From Planctomycetota bacterium (GTDB lineage: Bacteria > Planctomycetota > UBA8108 > UBA1146 > JAKEFC01), in NCBI GenBank assembly GCA_022616235.1, contig JAKEFC010000025.1, positions 1-16,935 of the forward strand: DNA of 16,935 nt. Reading direction: 5' to 3'. Numbering within the stretch: position 1 is the stretch's first letter; each line of letters starts with the position of its first letter. Of this stretch, positions 14,740 through 16,935 are shown one piece after another. Position numbers and translations under genes: made by a program. Under the pieces are notes generated by a model. That model was not told the origin of the DNA, made no database searches, and worked only from the letters and a program-made list of their open reading frames with translations.

Positions 14740-15500
14740 TCGGCGCGGCGAACGGCCACGATTTCGCGGTGTCGTGCGCGGGCGTCCGGAAGTCCTTCGG
14801 CGCGGGGGAGACCAAGACCGAGGCGCTCCGCGGCGTCGACTTCGACGCCCGCTTCGGCCAGCTCACGTTCCTCGTCGGGCCGAGCGGCTGCGGCAAGACG
14901 ACCCTCATCTCGATCATCGCGGGGCTCCTCGATCGCTCGAGCGGGGAATTGGCTGTGCTCGGCCTACGCCCCGACGAGTTGTCGGGCGGGGAGCGCGTGC
15001 GGTTTCGGCGCCGGAATCTGGGATTCATCTTCCAGCAGTACAACCTGCTGCCGTCGCTCACGGCGGCCGAGAACGTCGCCGTGCCGCTCCTCGCCGCCGG
15101 CGTGCCGCGCAGGCAGGCGGTGCGGCGCGCGACGGACCTGTTGGCGCGGCTCGGGCTCGAGAATCGCGCCGCGGCGCGTCCCGCCACGCTCTCCGGCGGC
15201 CAACAGCAGCGGGTCGCGATCGCGCGCGCCCTCGTCCACGAGCCGCGCCTCATCGTGTGCGACGAGCCCACCGCCGCGCTCGATCACGAGAATGGAGAGG
15301 CGGTGCTCCAGTTGCTCGCCTCGACCGCGGTGAATCCGGATCGCGCGGTGATCGTGGTCACGCACGATTCCCGCGTATTCCACCACGCGCACCGAATCGC
15401 GCGCATGGACGACGGACGGATCGTCGATGTCGCGAAGCAGGCGCGCGCCTCGCTGTCGCCTGCGGCAAACGGCGCCGAGACCCACGAGGAGGACCGATGA
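14736..15500 (+). CDS. ABC transporter ATP-binding protein (MacB/LolD/DevA-like)
   Basis: Walker A GPSGCGKTT, Q-loop, ABC signature LSGGQQQRVAIARAL, Walker B LIVCDEPT, H-loop VTHD. Confidence 0.9.
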   Translation: MIGAANGHDFAVSCAGVRKSFGAGETKTEALRGVDFDARFGQLTFLVGPSGCGKTTLISIIAGLLDRSSGELAVLGLRPDELSGGERVRFRRRNLGFIFQQYNLLPSLTAAENVAVPLLAAGVPRRQAVRRATDLLARLGLENRAAARPATLSGGQQQRVAIARALVHEPRLIVCDEPTAALDHENGEAVLQLLASTAVNPDRAVIVVTHDSRVFHHAHRIARMDDGRIVDVAKQARASLSPAANGAETHEEDR

Positions 15501-16447
15501 TGAAGCGTAGCGTGTTGCCGTTCCTTGGAATACTCGCCGCCGCTTGGGCGACCTTCGCGATCATCCGGTCGAAGCCGGCGCGCGTCGAAACCGACCCTCC
15601 GAGCCCGCCGCCGGTCTCGGAGTACGGCCATACCGTCGCGGCGGTCGGCCTGATCGAAGCGAACACCGAGAACATCTCCATCGGAACGCCGCTCGGCGGA
15701 GTCGTGGCGCGCGTCTACGTAACGGCGGGGCGCACGGTGAACGAAAACGAGCCGCTCTTCGAACTCGATACGCGGCATCTCCGCGCGGAGCTGGCGGTGC
15801 GCGAGGATGCGTGTGCCGTCGCACGCGCGCGCGTGGCGGTCGCGGCGGCGCAGCTCGCGGACCTCGAGCGGCAGCTCGAGTTCTTCGAGCAGATCAGCGA
15901 CAAGCGCGCGGTGTCCGTCGAGGAGCTGACGCGCCGTCGCTCCGCGGTCGAGACGGCCGCGGCGTCGCTCGAGCAGGCGCGCGCGGAGGCCCTGGCGGCG
16001 AATTCCTCGCGCGACGCCGTGGGCGTCGAAATAGAACGCAGCACGGTGCGCGCGCCGATGGACGCGGAGGTGCTCCAGGTGAAGGTGCGCCCCGGCGAGT
16101 ACGCCCCAGCGGCCGCGATGCCGGCTCCGCTCCTCCTGCTCGGCCGCGCGAAGCCGCTCCATGTCCGCGTCGACGTGGACGAGCACGAAGGGTGGCGCGT
16201 GCGCGCCGGCGCCGCCGCCACCGGGCACGTGCGCGGCAACGCGGATCTAAAGACGTCGCTCCGCTTCGTGCGCATGGAGCCGTTCGTCGTGCCCAAGCGT
16301 TCGCTCACGGGCGACAGCACGGAACGCGTCGACACGCGCGTCCTCCAGATCATCTACCTCATCGAGCGCGACGACCTCCCGCTCTTCGTCGGCCAGCAGA
16401 TGGACGTCTTCATCGACGGCGCCCCCCCCAACGGCCGCGCACATTGA
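15497..16447 (+). CDS. HlyD-family periplasmic adaptor / membrane-fusion protein (DevB/MacA-like)
   Basis: N-terminal TM anchor (VLPFLGILAAAWATFAII), a coiled-coil hairpin (ELAVREDACAVARARVAVAAAQLADLERQLEFFEQ...), and C-terminal beta domains. GAGGAGGA RBS. Start overlaps the ATPase stop. Confidence 0.8.
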   Translation: MMKRSVLPFLGILAAAWATFAIIRSKPARVETDPPSPPPVSEYGHTVAAVGLIEANTENISIGTPLGGVVARVYVTAGRTVNENEPLFELDTRHLRAELAVREDACAVARARVAVAAAQLADLERQLEFFEQISDKRAVSVEELTRRRSAVETAAASLEQARAEALAANSSRDAVGVEIERSTVRAPMDAEVLQVKVRPGEYAPAAAMPAPLLLLGRAKPLHVRVDVDEHEGWRVRAGAAATGHVRGNADLKTSLRFVRMEPFVVPKRSLTGDSTERVDTRVLQIIYLIERDDLPLFVGQQMDVFIDGAPPNGRAH

Positions 16448-16460
16448 GACGCGGCGCGGC

Positions 16461-16727
16461 TCACGATTTCACAGCCGCGAGCCGGATCTGCACGCGGTGC
16501 TCGAGTGCCTTCGCGATGCGCTGAATCGTGCCAAGCTTGATGGTGCGATCGGCTTCCTCGAGTCGAGATACGGCGCTCTGAGTAGTGCCAACGAGCTTTG
16601 CGAGTTCTGCCTGTGTAAGTCCTTGTCGCTCGCGAGCTTCGCGAAGAATATCGCCGACGGTTCGCGCGGCTCGAACTTCATCGACCAGTTCGAGGAACCC
16701 GGACTCGTTGCCCCAGGCATGCAGCAT
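16461..16727 (-). CDS. HigA-like XRE-family HTH antitoxin
   Basis: HTH motif LTQAELAKLVGTTQSAVSRLE. ~88 aa. Lies immediately downstream of a Gp49/HigB-like toxin fragment. Alternative GTG starts at 16760 or 16793. Confidence 0.65.
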   Translation of the reverse strand: MLHAWGNESGFLELVDEVRAARTVGDILREARERQGLTQAELAKLVGTTQSAVSRLEEADRTIKLGTIQRIAKALEHRVQIRLAAVKS

Positions 16728-16806
16728 GATCTTGGAAGCCGCCCGCGGCTTCCTGGTCACCGGCGGCGCGCCAGCCTTGCGTTTCTTGGTCACGATCGTG
16801 CGGTTT

Positions 16807-16935
16807 CTACGACTTCGTGTGCCTGCGTGGGTTCGCCTCGAAGTTCGCTTTGCGCGTGATGGCCCGTGCGAGATCGGCACTTGGGATCTTTGCTTCCTTT
16901 GTCAGCGCATGCAGCAGCACCGCGACGCTCGCACC
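16807..16935 (-). CDS. RelE/ParE-superfamily toxin (Gp49/HigB-like), C-terminal 42 aa only; the gene continues beyond the window edge
   Basis: The translated C-terminus GASVAVLLHALTKEAKIPSADLARAITRKANFEANP matches the Gp49/HigB signature ...VLLHGFiKKtqKTPxxEieLAxxR.... Toxin-upstream-of-antitoxin order is typical for HigBA. Confidence 0.55.
   Translation of the reverse strand, partial: GASVAVLLHALTKEAKIPSADLARAITRKANFEANPRRHTKS

Noticed and set aside
1-16935. CRISPR arrays, tRNA/rRNA genes, transposases, integrases or terminal inverted repeats
   Set aside because: No regularly spaced direct repeats, no tRNA-like cloverleaf candidates or rRNA-like conserved stretches, and no transposase or integrase-like ORFs were seen on either strand.

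Overview
This is a ~70% GC bacterial window with no rRNA, tRNA, CRISPR or mobile-element signatures. It is densely coding; most of the very long ORFs in the six-frame track are GC-driven shadow frames opposite genes with recognisable domains.

Genes in order:
1. A small unknown ORF at 109..399.
2. A YqiJ/NfeD-like membrane protein (757..1299) followed by a flotillin-like SPFH/band-7 protein (1385..3118).
3. Only 43 bp downstream and on the same strand, a compact RiPP locus that I read as a lasso-peptide biosynthetic gene cluster of the phosphorylated class:
   - an HPr-kinase-like Ser kinase (3162..4163)
   - a PqqD-like RRE / B1 protein (4254..4547)
   - an asparagine-synthetase-like lasso cyclase / C protein (4632..6605)
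   - two tandem paralogous precursor peptides (6738..6929 and 7184..7381), each with a YxxPxLx3G leader motif, a Glu at the ring-closing position and a C-terminal Ser
   - a Pol-beta-type nucleotidyltransferase (7476..8714)
   No transglutaminase-like B2 leader peptidase and no McjD-type exporter are visible in the window.
4. A convergent minus-strand operon: small zinc-ribbon protein, secreted BNR/Asp-box + TPR protein, Ala-rich lipoprotein, and RsmD (4-nt start/stop overlap with the lipoprotein).
5. A TetR regulator with a textbook sigma70 promoter that gives a leaderless mRNA.
6. A DevCAB/MacAB-type tripartite ABC exporter (permease, ATPase, membrane-fusion protein, with overlapping stop/start codons).
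7. At the right edge, a HigA-like XRE antitoxin and the C-terminal fragment of a Gp49/HigB-like toxin.

The most interesting element is the B2-less, kinase-plus-nucleotidyltransferase lasso cluster with two divergent-tailed, C-terminal-Ser precursors.
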